From: an uncultured delta proteobacterium
Lineage (GTDB): Bacteria > Myxococcota_A > UBA9160 > UBA4427
Reading direction: 5' to 3'
NCBI GenBank assembly: GCA_963822965.1
Contig: CAWGJT010000006.1
Coordinates: 128,001 to 192,000, forward strand
Length of the DNA stretch: 64,000 nucleotides
The position numbers and the translations under genes are program-made. Below are positions 11,554-20,360 of the stretch, in pieces (positions within the stretch are counted from its first letter, which is position 1; every line of letters starts with the position of its first letter). The notes under the pieces are model-generated. The model was given only the letters and a program-made list of their open reading frames with translations. It did not search any database and had not been told where the DNA came from.

Positions 11554-13098
11554 TCACCGCCGCGTCGAATCGCTGCGCGGGCGGCAGATTGCCTCGAGCA
11601 CCAGGCCCACCTCCTCGGCGCCGATCGCCGTGGACGGCGCCCGCCGGCCGGCCGCGGCTTCGGCGATGTCCGCCAGCGAGAGCAGGCCGCGCAGGTGGTC
11701 GTGCTCGTCCACGACCGGGAGCCGACGGACCCGGGCGGAGCGCATGATGGCCTCGGCGTCCGCCACGCTGTCCGCGGGACGGCAGCCGAAGACGCGGTGA
11801 GCCATCGCGCTCTCCACCCGCATCTCCGCCAGTCGTCCGCCGCGGGTGAAGAGCGCCATGCAGATGTCGCGGTCGGTGATCATGCCGACGACGTGCCCGC
11901 TGCCGTCGCTCGAGACGACCGGCACGCAGCCGCAATCGTGCTCCCACATGATGCGAGCCGCCGTGCTCATCGGATCGTCCGGCGTGCAGACGTGCACGTC
12001 CGTGGACATGAGGTCGTACACCGGCTGCGGCGCGCCACGCCCGCGCCCCGCGCCGATTCCCATCGCGTGGGCGACGCGATCGAGGGCCTGCTCCACCTCG
12101 CGGCCCAGGCCGCGCAGGGTCTGGTCGCCCACGTCGCGCAGGCGGGCTGCCGCCTCCTCCATCCGCTGCTCGATCTCGTGGCGCATGCGCGCGGGATAGG
12201 AGCGATGACGCGCGCCGCGGATCTCGCCGGCCACGCAGTCCGAGAGCCGGGCGAGCTCCCGTCCGAGGCCGACGAGCAGATCGTCGAAGCTGACCATCCC
12301 GACGACGCGCTCGCCCTCCAGCACGGGGATGCGGCGGACACCCGCCGTACGCATGCGTACCACGACCTCTTCCAGGGGCTCCGCGGGATGCGCCGCGATG
12401 ACCGGTGCGCTCATCACCGCCGACACCGAGGTGCGCGCGGGATCGAGCCCCTTGGCGACCACCCGCAGCACGATGTCGCGATCGGTGAGAATCCCGGCGA
12501 CCCGCTGGTCGTCGCCGACCACCGCCACGCTGCCCACGGCGCGCTCGTCCATGTCCCGCGCGACTGCGGAGACGGAAGCCTCGACTCCCGCCGTCACCAC
12601 CTCGCGAAGGTAGTGCTCTGCGCGACGAAGCGCGGGCGGCGGCCCTTCCTCCTCGCCCTCCCCGGCCAGGGTGCGGGACGAGCCGGCCGGGAGCTGCGAC
12701 ACCAGCACCTCTCCGAGCCCCCCGATCTCCCGCGCCAGCAGCAGGAAGAGGTCGTCGGCGGAGACGACGCCCAGGACCCGGTCGCCGTGCACCACGGGCA
12801 GCCGCCGGACGCGCGCGCGACTCATGCGGGCCAGGGTGTCCTCGAGCGACGCGCCGCGGTCGACGCACACCGGCGAGCGGGTCATGGCCTCGCCGACCCG
12901 AACCTCCCGCGAGTCGCGCCCCTGGGCGGCCACGGCCAGGGTCACGTCCCGGTCGCTGAGCACGCCCGCCAGGTGTTCGCCGCGCACCACCAGCAGCAGA
13001 CCGACCCCCTCCTTCTCCATGCGCTGGGCGGCGGCCAGCAGCGTCTCGTCCGGCCCCACGCAGACCGCCGGCCGACGGCAGTAGGAGGCGATGCTCAT
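11554..13098 (-). CDS. CBS-domain-only protein with three tandem Bateman modules (six CBS domains)
   Basis: Three repeats of G(V/I/M)(L/I)(S/T)DRD(V/I)...VRR(L/I)PV..G.(V/L)S.(D/A)D. ATG 13098 with GAAGGGG RBS. Confidence 0.88.
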   Translation of the reverse strand: MSIASYCRRPAVCVGPDETLLAAAQRMEKEGVGLLLVVRGEHLAGVLSDRDVTLAVAAQGRDSREVRVGEAMTRSPVCVDRGASLEDTLARMSRARVRRLPVVHGDRVLGVVSADDLFLLLAREIGGLGEVLVSQLPAGSSRTLAGEGEEEGPPPALRRAEHYLREVVTAGVEASVSAVARDMDERAVGSVAVVGDDQRVAGILTDRDIVLRVVAKGLDPARTSVSAVMSAPVIAAHPAEPLEEVVVRMRTAGVRRIPVLEGERVVGMVSFDDLLVGLGRELARLSDCVAGEIRGARHRSYPARMRHEIEQRMEEAAARLRDVGDQTLRGLGREVEQALDRVAHAMGIGAGRGRGAPQPVYDLMSTDVHVCTPDDPMSTAARIMWEHDCGCVPVVSSDGSGHVVGMITDRDICMALFTRGGRLAEMRVESAMAHRVFGCRPADSVADAEAIMRSARVRRLPVVDEHDHLRGLLSLADIAEAAAGRRAPSTAIGAEEVGLVLEAICRPRSDSTRR

Positions 13099-13135
13099 GA
13101 CGACCCCTTCCTCTTCGTATCGCACCTGCGAGACA

Positions 13136-13151
13136 AGCATTTCCCATGCCA
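13136..13151 (-). promoter_or_regulatory. Putative sigma54 (-24/-12) promoter of the CBS-hsp20 operon
   Basis: Minus strand TGGCATGGGAAATGCT (GG-N10-GC). Confidence 0.6.
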
Positions 13152-13412
13152 AGACACGTCCGAGCCTCCACCGAGGCACCACGCTCCCATCCATGGGAAT
13201 GCGACGGCAGGCTGGCCCGGTGCCCGGGCTCGACGCGTGACGCGACGCCCCAGCACCGGAGGCGCGCAGACCCTAGACGCCCCGAGGCGGACGTCCGCAG
13301 GAAGGCCGTCGCGTCCGGCCGGTCCGTGGGCCGTGCGGATTCCACACCCGCGCCGTGGCAGATCGTGCAAAGCTCCGCCGAGGGGCGGGGCGACGGCTGC
13401 GGCTGGAGGCGG

Positions 13413-14181
13413 CTACGGCTGGGGGCGGGGAGCGGCCGCGCCGGCGGGTGCGGCGGGCCCGGCGATCATGCGGCGGTAGAAGGCCGGCGGGAAGAAGCCC
13501 AGCCACAGGCAGATCGAGGCAACCAGGGTCGTCGCGGGCGTGATGAAGAGGGCCGGAGTCCACTGTGCGTAGGCTTCGCGCAGCACCAGGCCGGCCGCGA
13601 GGGAGACGATTGCGAGGGTTCCCATCGCGAGGCTGAAAAATCCCCACATCAGGATCTGGTGCGCGACGACCGGGTCGGCCAGCCCCAGCGCCACTCGGCG
13701 CCGCATCAAGCGGTGGAATGCCACGCTCTCGTAGGCCCCCCACAGGTAGATCGCAGAACGCGCCGCCACGAAGCACACGTTCGAGATCGTCGGGGCCACC
13801 GTCGTGGGCAGCGTCTGCCCCAGCGAGGTCCACAGCCAGCCCGCCAGCACCCAGAGCGAGAGCGCAGCGCAGAGCACCCCGGCCCAGAGATCCATCACCC
13901 GGTAGATCCGCCAGATCCCGACCGACAGCGCGATCACGCCGAGGGCGATGAGCCCGTTCGCCACCACCACCCACGAGAAGAGCGGCGCCCAGTCGCCCTC
14001 GGCCGCTCGGGTGCGGATCACCGTGTAGAGGACGATGGCCGCCACGACGAACGCCTGGTAGGTGCCCATGGCGATCTCGGGCGCGCCGCGGGTCCTCGCG
14101 GCCACGATGCAGCAGGCGCACGCCTACGAAGACGGAGAGCGCCAGGGTCGTCAGCGTTGCTGCGGCGGCGAACTGCTGCAT
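13413..14181 (-). CDS. Hypothetical polytopic (about 7 TM) membrane protein (frameshift near 14105)
   Basis: Hydrophobic helices in ORF 13413..14105. N-terminus MQQFAAAATLTTLALSVFVGVRLL in an adjacent frame. Confidence 0.7.
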
Positions 14182-14190
14182 CGTTCCCAA

Positions 14191-14217
14191 CAATCGGCCG
14201 CCGGTCGCCACAGCTGA
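14191..14217 (-). promoter_or_regulatory. Putative sigma28 (FliA-type) promoter of the membrane protein gene
   Basis: Minus strand TCAG-N15-GCCGATTG, 9 nt upstream of the ATG. Confidence 0.45.
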
Positions 14218-14238
14218 ACCCCCTCGGGCCCCGCTGGA

Positions 14239-15441
14239 TCAGCCCGGAGGCCCGAGCCGGCCGCCCACGGCCCGGGCCTGGCCGGGGAGGCCACCCGGGT
14301 CGTAGCAGTACTGCTCGCGGCCCCGGCGCTCCATCCAGTCTGCGGGCCCGAGTCGGAGCGCCGTGTTGCGCAGGGCCACCAGCCCGGGGTGCTTCCACAT
14401 TCCCACCCGTCCCCACAGGCGAGAGAGGCGCACCGTGCGGGCGGTCCGGCGTGCCCGCAGCCGGTGGAAACGCCGGAATGCCTGCTCCGGGTCCGGGGCC
14501 AGGGCGATGCAGCGCGCCAGCACGACGGCGTCCTCGATGGCCATGCAGGCGCCCTGCCCCAGGTTCGGCGTCGTCGGATGCGCCGCATCCCCCAGCAGCA
14601 CGGCGCGGTCCCGGTGCCAGCGGCGCGCGGGCCTCCGGTCGTAGATGTCGTTCTGGAGGATGCACTCCACGGGCGTGCGCGCGAAGCGCTCGGGAACGCC
14701 CCCCGCCCAGCCGGCGAAGGCCTCGAGCAGGTGCGAGCGACGCTCTCCGATGGCGATCTCGGTGCCCTCGGGCAGGGGCGACGTGGCCCACCAGTAGACG
14801 CGCCCCTCTCCCATCGCGTAGTACGCGGTGCGGCGGCCCCGGCCGAAGTACTCGCGGCTCACGTCGGGCTCGTCGAGGCGTGCCTGCGCGATGCCGCGGA
14901 AGATCGTCTCGCCGGCGTAGCGGGGCGGCCCGTCCGCCAGCACGTGCTGCCGCACGGTCGAGTGCAGCCCGTCCGCGCCCACCAGCAGGTCTCCGTCGAA
15001 GGGCTCCGCGCGTCCCCGGACGAAGACGCGCACCCGGCCGGCCTGCTGCTCGATCGCCTCCACGAGGGCTCCCGTCTGGACGGCCTCGGGCTTCACGCAG
15101 GCCGCGAGCGCGCCGTGGAGGACGCCGCGGTGCATCACGTAGCCGGCCCGACCCGCCTGCTCGAAGATGCGGTCGAAGCGGACGGCGACGAGATCCTCAC
15201 CCGCGTCGGTGCTCACGAAGAACCGGTGGAAGCGTGCGCCCCGCGCGAAGAGCTCCGGCGAGACGCCCAGCACCTCGAGGGCGCGCACGGCACCGGGCAG
15301 CACACCGAGACCACTGCCCACCTCGCCGAGCACGGCGGCGCGTTCCAGCAGCACGAAGGGAAGCCCGAGCCGTTGCAGGGCCGCTCCGAGGGCCATCCCG
15401 CCGATGCCCCCGCCCACGATGATCGTGCGTTCGGGGGTCAT
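14239..15441 (-). CDS. FAD-dependent monooxygenase (group A, salicylate hydroxylase-like)
   Basis: IIVGGGIGG, LVGADGLHSTVR, LLGDAAHPTTPNLGQGACMAIEDA. Confidence 0.93.
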   Translation of the reverse strand: MTPERTIIVGGGIGGMALGAALQRLGLPFVLLERAAVLGEVGSGLGVLPGAVRALEVLGVSPELFARGARFHRFFVSTDAGEDLVAVRFDRIFEQAGRAGYVMHRGVLHGALAACVKPEAVQTGALVEAIEQQAGRVRVFVRGRAEPFDGDLLVGADGLHSTVRQHVLADGPPRYAGETIFRGIAQARLDEPDVSREYFGRGRRTAYYAMGEGRVYWWATSPLPEGTEIAIGERRSHLLEAFAGWAGGVPERFARTPVECILQNDIYDRRPARRWHRDRAVLLGDAAHPTTPNLGQGACMAIEDAVVLARCIALAPDPEQAFRRFHRLRARRTARTVRLSRLWGRVGMWKHPGLVALRNTALRLGPADWMERRGREQYCYDPGGLPGQARAVGGRLGPPG

Positions 15442-15444
15442 CGC

Positions 15445-16059
15445 TCACGCCTCCGGGTCGAGCCGTACGGACGCCGCGATCTGTCGCCAGAGGAACGCGA
15501 TCACCCGCTCCGGGGACGGTCGGCGCGAGCGGGTGAGCGCCTCCACCATGACCTGGCGCATGGCGCCGAACATGGCCGCGCCCGCCAGGCCCGCGTCGAT
15601 GCCCAGGGGCAGCTCGCCGCGCCGCTGCGCCTTGCGGATGCTGCGGGCGGCGCGTCGCACGACGAGGGCGGTACGGTCGGACTCGCGGCGCGCCACCTCG
15701 GGGTCACGCGCGAGGGCCCCGTAGAGCACCACCGCGAAGGGCTCGCGATAGTGGAAGCGCACCCCGGCTTCGAGCCGCAGGCGTTCGTGCCGAGCCCAGT
15801 CGCCCTGGTCCTCGAGATCGAGGTCGAAGACCTCCCGCTGGAAGCGGTCGAAGAAGTCGTCGACGAGCGCCGCCACGAGCCCCGACTTGGAGCCGAAGTA
15901 TCGGTGCACGAGGCTCGGCACCACCCCGGCCACCTCGGCGACGGCGGCGATCTCGAAGTGACCGCCCGACGCGATGGCCAGGTCTCGGGCCGCCGACAGC
16001 AGGCGTTCGCGGGTGGCGCGGCCCTTTCGGGTGAGCGGCGGCGGAGCAGGGCTTGACAT
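15445..16059 (-). CDS. TetR/AcrR family transcriptional regulator
   Basis: TRERLLSAARDL..IAAVAEVAGVVPSLVHRYFGSKSGL N-terminal HTH. Confidence 0.9.
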   Translation of the reverse strand: MSSPAPPPLTRKGRATRERLLSAARDLAIASGGHFEIAAVAEVAGVVPSLVHRYFGSKSGLVAALVDDFFDRFQREVFDLDLEDQGDWARHERLRLEAGVRFHYREPFAVVLYGALARDPEVARRESDRTALVVRRAARSIRKAQRRGELPLGIDAGLAGAAMFGAMRQVMVEALTRSRRPSPERVIAFLWRQIAASVRLDPEA

Positions 16060-16084
16060 CGGGGGTGGAGTCTTGCCAAGCTAA

Positions 16085-16100
16085 GAATTGATGTCAATTC
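16085..16100. promoter_or_regulatory. Palindromic operator (likely TetR site) overlapping divergent promoters
   Basis: GAATTGA-TG-TCAATTC perfect inverted repeat in an AT-rich patch. It overlaps the minus-strand TTGACA-N17-AAGACT. A plus-strand TTGACA lies at 16053. Confidence 0.7.
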
Positions 16101-16147
16101 AATTCTGAGCCGAGCACCCCGAAGCCCGCAGACCGAGGTCGAAGCGC

Positions 16148-17323
16148 ATGGAACCGACGCAACCCGCCCGCGCGGCCCACCCCACCCCCGATCCCACGTC
16201 GCCGGGCGTCGCGCCCCTGCTCGACGATCGGGCCGTCGCGGAACGCGTGCTGGCCCACGTCCGCGAGGGAACCACCGATCTCGGGAGCGACGTGTGGCGT
16301 GAGCCCGTCTCGAGCTATCGCTCCCCGGCGCGACTCGAGGCCGAGATGCACGTGCTGCGCCGGACGCCGACGCCCTTCTGTCCCTCGGCGGCCCTGCCGA
16401 AGCCGGGATCCTTCGTGGCGCGCGAGGCGGCGGGCATCCCGCTGGTCGTCGTGCGCGGCGAAGACGGCCGTGTCCGGGCCTTCCGCAACGCGTGCCGTCA
16501 CCGGGGCACCCAGCTGGCCAGCGGGACGGGCTGCACCCGCGCCTTCGTGTGCCCCTACCATGCCTGGGCCTACGGGCTGGACGGCGCACTCCGCCACGTT
16601 CCCCACCCGGACGGCTTCCCGGGTCTCGATCGAGACGAGCATGGCCTCGTCTCCGTCGCCGCCGAAGAGCGGCTGGGGCTCGTCTTCGTCACCCAGGAGC
16701 CGGACGCTTCGAGGCCTGCGCCCTGGGAAGGCCTGCCCGAGCTCATCGCGGCCGACCATACCCTGCTCCAACACCGCGAGGTCGACGCCGACGTCAACTG
16801 GAAGATCTACCTGGAGGGGTTCATCGAGGGCTATCACATCCGGGCGACCCATCCCGAGAGCTTCTACCCCTACGGCTACGACAACCTGAACCTGGTGGAG
16901 CGGAGCGGTCGCAACAGCCGGGTCACCTTTCCGTTCCGGCGCATCGAGAAGCTGGCGTCGGTGCCGCCCGCGGAGCGCCGGGTCGACGGTCTCCTCACGT
17001 ACGTCTACCACCTCTTCCCGAACACCCTCGTGACCGTGCTGTCGCACCACACCAACCTGGTGGTGCTCGAGCCTCTGGCCATCGACTGCACCCGACTCGT
17101 CACCTACACACTGGCCCATGGCGGCGATGGAGCCGACGCCGGAGAGTCCGCCCGGCGCGACGTCGCGTTCGTCAACCAGACCGGAGCCCTGGAGGATCAG
17201 GCCGTGGTCCTGTCCATCCAGCGCGGGCTGCGGAGCGGTGCCAACGAGGCCTTCACGTTCGGGCGCTTCGAGGCGGCGATCGCCCACTTCCACCGCAACC
17301 TGGCCGCCGCCCTCCCGTCCTGA
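16148..17323 (+). CDS. Rieske non-heme iron oxygenase alpha subunit (ring-hydroxylating/choline monooxygenase-like)
   Basis: Rieske ligands NACRHRG..CPYHAW, mononuclear Fe ligands EGYHI..TH, and distal ED. Confidence 0.93.
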   Translation: MEPTQPARAAHPTPDPTSPGVAPLLDDRAVAERVLAHVREGTTDLGSDVWREPVSSYRSPARLEAEMHVLRRTPTPFCPSAALPKPGSFVAREAAGIPLVVVRGEDGRVRAFRNACRHRGTQLASGTGCTRAFVCPYHAWAYGLDGALRHVPHPDGFPGLDRDEHGLVSVAAEERLGLVFVTQEPDASRPAPWEGLPELIAADHTLLQHREVDADVNWKIYLEGFIEGYHIRATHPESFYPYGYDNLNLVERSGRNSRVTFPFRRIEKLASVPPAERRVDGLLTYVYHLFPNTLVTVLSHHTNLVVLEPLAIDCTRLVTYTLAHGGDGADAGESARRDVAFVNQTGALEDQAVVLSIQRGLRSGANEAFTFGRFEAAIAHFHRNLAAALPS

Positions 17324-17401
17324 CGGGCCGCACCCCCCCACGCGGCGCGCCGAGCCTCTATGCTCGCGGTCCCAGGTCGGGAACGAACCGGGAGGCTTCG
17401 G

Positions 17402-18208
17402 GTGTCCCACGTCACGATCGACGGCTTCGAGATGTACTACGAGCAGCACGGTGCGGCGGGAGAGCCGCTCGTGCTGGTCCACGGCTATACGGGGGACGTC
17501 AGCGACTGGCACCACCAGATCGCGGCGTTCGCGCCCACGCACCGGGTGCTGGCCATGGACCACCGCGGTCACGGGCGCTCGGGCGCCCCGCCCGACCGCG
17601 ACGCCTACACCGTGGAGCGCATGGCGGACGACGTGGAGGCGCTGATCGCGCACCTGGGCCTCGACCGCTATCACCTGGTCGGCCACTCCCTGGGCGGGAT
17701 GGTGGCCCAGGAGATCGCCCTCCGGAGCGCGAGCCGGCTGCTGTCGCTCACCCTCGAGGACACGGGACCCGACTTCGGCCTCGGCCGACGCGAGCCCGTC
17801 CGGCAGCTCTTCGAGAGCCGCCTGCGCCTCGCGGAGGAGCAGGGCATGGAGGCCGTCGCCCGCCTACCGGCGCCGCCCCGCCCTCCCCACCACCCCCCCG
17901 AGCGGCTCGAGGAGGAGCTGGCGCGCCTCGCGGCCATGTCGGTGGACGGCTTCGCCGGGGGCTGGCAGGCGCTGTGTCGCTGGCCGGGAACCGGAGACCG
18001 CGCCCAGGCCATTCGCACCCCCACCCTGGTGATCCACGGGGAGCTCGACGCGGCGCTGCTCGCCGGCTCGACCTGGCTCTCCCGGACGATCCCCGGGGCC
18101 CGGCTCGAGGTCGTGCCCGAGGCGGGCCACTCCCCGCAGCTCGAGCGGCCGGACCTGTTCAACGCCGCCCTGGGGAGACACCTGTCGGAGACCGCCGCGG
18201 GAGCATGA
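17402..18208 (+). CDS. Alpha/beta fold hydrolase
   Basis: LVHG, DHRGHGRS, GHSLGG nucleophile elbow, AGHSPQLERP. GTG 17402 after GGAGG. Confidence 0.9.
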   Translation: MSHVTIDGFEMYYEQHGAAGEPLVLVHGYTGDVSDWHHQIAAFAPTHRVLAMDHRGHGRSGAPPDRDAYTVERMADDVEALIAHLGLDRYHLVGHSLGGMVAQEIALRSASRLLSLTLEDTGPDFGLGRREPVRQLFESRLRLAEEQGMEAVARLPAPPRPPHHPPERLEEELARLAAMSVDGFAGGWQALCRWPGTGDRAQAIRTPTLVIHGELDAALLAGSTWLSRTIPGARLEVVPEAGHSPQLERPDLFNAALGRHLSETAAGA

Positions 18209-18222
18209 CCTGCGAGGTCATG
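18204..18222. promoter_or_regulatory. Palindromic operator upstream of the MmyB-like regulator
   Basis: CATGACCT-GCG-AGGTCATG perfect 8-bp inverted repeat. Confidence 0.6.
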
Positions 18223-18256
18223 GACCCCGCGCCCCGGCCGTTGCACCCTGACAACG

Positions 18257-19069
18257 ATGCCCGAGACCCGACCGCCGTTCGCCCGCCTGCTGCGCCAGTG
18301 GCGCCGTGCTCGCGGTCACTCGCAGCTCGACCTGGCGACCGAGGCCGGGGTCTCCACCCGTCACCTCTCCTTCCTGGAGACCGGGCGCTCCACCCCGAGT
18401 CGCGAGATGGTGATGCGGTTGTCGGCGACGCTGGACGTTCCCTTGCGGGAGCGCAACGCGCTGCTCGCCGCCGCGGGCTTCGCCTCGGTGTTCCGGGAGA
18501 CGGACCTCGACGCCCCCGAGATGTCCATGCTGCGCCGAATGCTCGACTTCCTGCTGGAGCAGCACGCCCCGTTTCCCGCCGTGCTCCTCGATCGCCGCTG
18601 GAACCTGATCGGCATGAACACCGCCGCTCCGCGCGTGCTGGGCGCGTTCTCCGGCAGTGGCGGCCCCTGGCTGGAGCAGCCCCTCAACATCCTCCGCCTC
18701 ACCCTGCACCCCGAGGCCCTGCAGCCCTACGTGGTGAACTTCGACGAGGTGGCCACCGAGCTCCTCACGGGTCTCCACCGCCAGGCCGCGAGCGATGGCG
18801 ACGACCCGGATTGCAGCACGCTGCTGGCCGAGCTCACCGCCCTGCCCGGCATCCCCGAGACGGGGGTGGTGCCCGACCTCCTGCGGCGACCCAGCCCGGT
18901 GTTGCCCCTGCACCTGAAGCGCGACGATCTCGAGCTGCGTCTGTTCACCGCGGTGACGCAGATCGCCTCTCCCCAGGACGTGACCCTCGACGGACTGCGC
19001 ATCGAGAGCTTCATGCCCGCCGACCCCGAGAGCGAGGCTGCGATCCGCCGGCTCACGAGCACGGACTGA
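18257..19069 (+). CDS. XRE-family HTH regulator with MmyB-like ligand-binding domain
   Basis: LRQWRRARGHSQLDLA.EAGVSTRHLSFLETGRS.PSREMV..LDVPLRERNALLAAAGF, C-terminal LRIESFMPAD. Confidence 0.92.
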   Translation: MPETRPPFARLLRQWRRARGHSQLDLATEAGVSTRHLSFLETGRSTPSREMVMRLSATLDVPLRERNALLAAAGFASVFRETDLDAPEMSMLRRMLDFLLEQHAPFPAVLLDRRWNLIGMNTAAPRVLGAFSGSGGPWLEQPLNILRLTLHPEALQPYVVNFDEVATELLTGLHRQAASDGDDPDCSTLLAELTALPGIPETGVVPDLLRRPSPVLPLHLKRDDLELRLFTAVTQIASPQDVTLDGLRIESFMPADPESEAAIRRLTSTD

Positions 19070-19176
19070 GGACGCCTTCCCGCGCCCCGCTACCTCCCGC
19101 GTAATTGCCCGGGCTCCCGGCCGCGCGCAAGCTCCGCGTGGCGCGCCCCGCCACACCCAACCGCCAGGAGTCTCCC

Positions 19177-20049
19177 ATGAACCCGAGCGACTTCGCGCAG
19201 CTGCGCAAGATGATCGACACCCCCTTCGGTCGCATCGCGACCTACGAGACCGGCCGGGGTCCCGCCGCCCTCTTCGTTCACGGCTACCCCCTCTCCGCCT
19301 ACCACTGGCGCCACCAGCTGGAGGGCCTCGCCGACTGCCGCCGTTGCATCGCCGTCGACCTGATGGGCCTGGGCCACTCCGAGCCCACGCCCGAAACGGG
19401 CGTCGGCTACCCCGAGCAGGCCCGCATGCTGGCGGCCGTCACGGACGCGCTGGGGCTCGAAGAGATCGACCTCGTGGGCAACGACAGCGGCGGATCCATC
19501 GCGCAGCTGCTCGCGGTGTCGGCGCCCTCGCGGATCCGAACGCTGACCCTCACGAACTGCGAGGTGGCCGAGAACAACCCGCCCGCGGCCCTCGCGCCAC
19601 TCGTGGAGATGGCCCGCGCCGGACAGGTGCCGGCGATGTTCGATGCCCTCGTCGCCGACGTCGACGCCGCCCGGGGCGCGCTCGCCCCGGCGTTCGACCG
19701 ACCCGAGGTCGCCATCACCGCGGAACGTCTCGCCTACGACGTCGCGCCCCTGCTCGCCTCGGAGGACCGCCGCCGCCGCCTGAACGAGTACCTGACGGAG
19801 CTGTCGGCGGAGGTCACCCTGGGAATCGTCCCCGACCTGGAACGCTTCCAGCGTCCGGTGCTCGTCGTGTGGGGCGACGCGGACGGCTACATGCCCGTCG
19901 AGTCGGCGCGCTGGCTGGAGGCCCACGTTCCCGGCGTCGAGCGCGTGGTCCTCGTGGCGGGCGGGAAGCTCTTCTTCCCCGAGGAGGAGCACGAGCTGCT
20001 GAACCGCGAGCTGCGCGCGTTCTGGGGAGCCTCTCGCAGCGCGACGTGA
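19177..20049 (+). CDS. Alpha/beta hydrolase, haloalkane dehalogenase/epoxide hydrolase-like (Asp nucleophile)
   Basis: FVHGYP, DLMGLGHS, GNDSGG, LFFPEE. ATG 19177 after AGGAG. Confidence 0.88.
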   Translation: MNPSDFAQLRKMIDTPFGRIATYETGRGPAALFVHGYPLSAYHWRHQLEGLADCRRCIAVDLMGLGHSEPTPETGVGYPEQARMLAAVTDALGLEEIDLVGNDSGGSIAQLLAVSAPSRIRTLTLTNCEVAENNPPAALAPLVEMARAGQVPAMFDALVADVDAARGALAPAFDRPEVAITAERLAYDVAPLLASEDRRRRLNEYLTELSAEVTLGIVPDLERFQRPVLVVWGDADGYMPVESARWLEAHVPGVERVVLVAGGKLFFPEEEHELLNRELRAFWGASRSAT

Positions 20050-20113
20050 CCGGCTCCCGGGCGGGGCGGCGTCTGCCGTGTCGATCCGGCCCTGTCTCGT
20101 TCCCCTGCCGGGA

Positions 20114-20245
20114 GACCTCTTCCACGTCCGCAGCGTGCTCGAGCTGAACGAGGAGGTGATGCAGAGCCGGGTCGACGACCTCGTCCTGGCCACAAGCATC
20201 ATCGAAGAGCTGAACCTCGACACCCGCGTCTGGTCGAAGGCCTGA
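20114..20245 (+). pseudogene. Orphan 3' gene remnant of unknown family
   Basis: Reads DLFHVRSVLELNEEVMQSRVDDLVLATSIIEELNLDTRVWSKA* with strong third-position GC bias and no credible upstream start. Confidence 0.45.
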
Positions 20246-20360
20246 TCGGGCCAGAGACCGTGCGCCGGGCCCCAAGCCGCCGGGGTCCCTCTCCCACCCG
20301 GGAGGGAGCCAATTCGACGCGGAACGTCCGAGACGAGACACTGGGACGCGGGGCCAGCGA

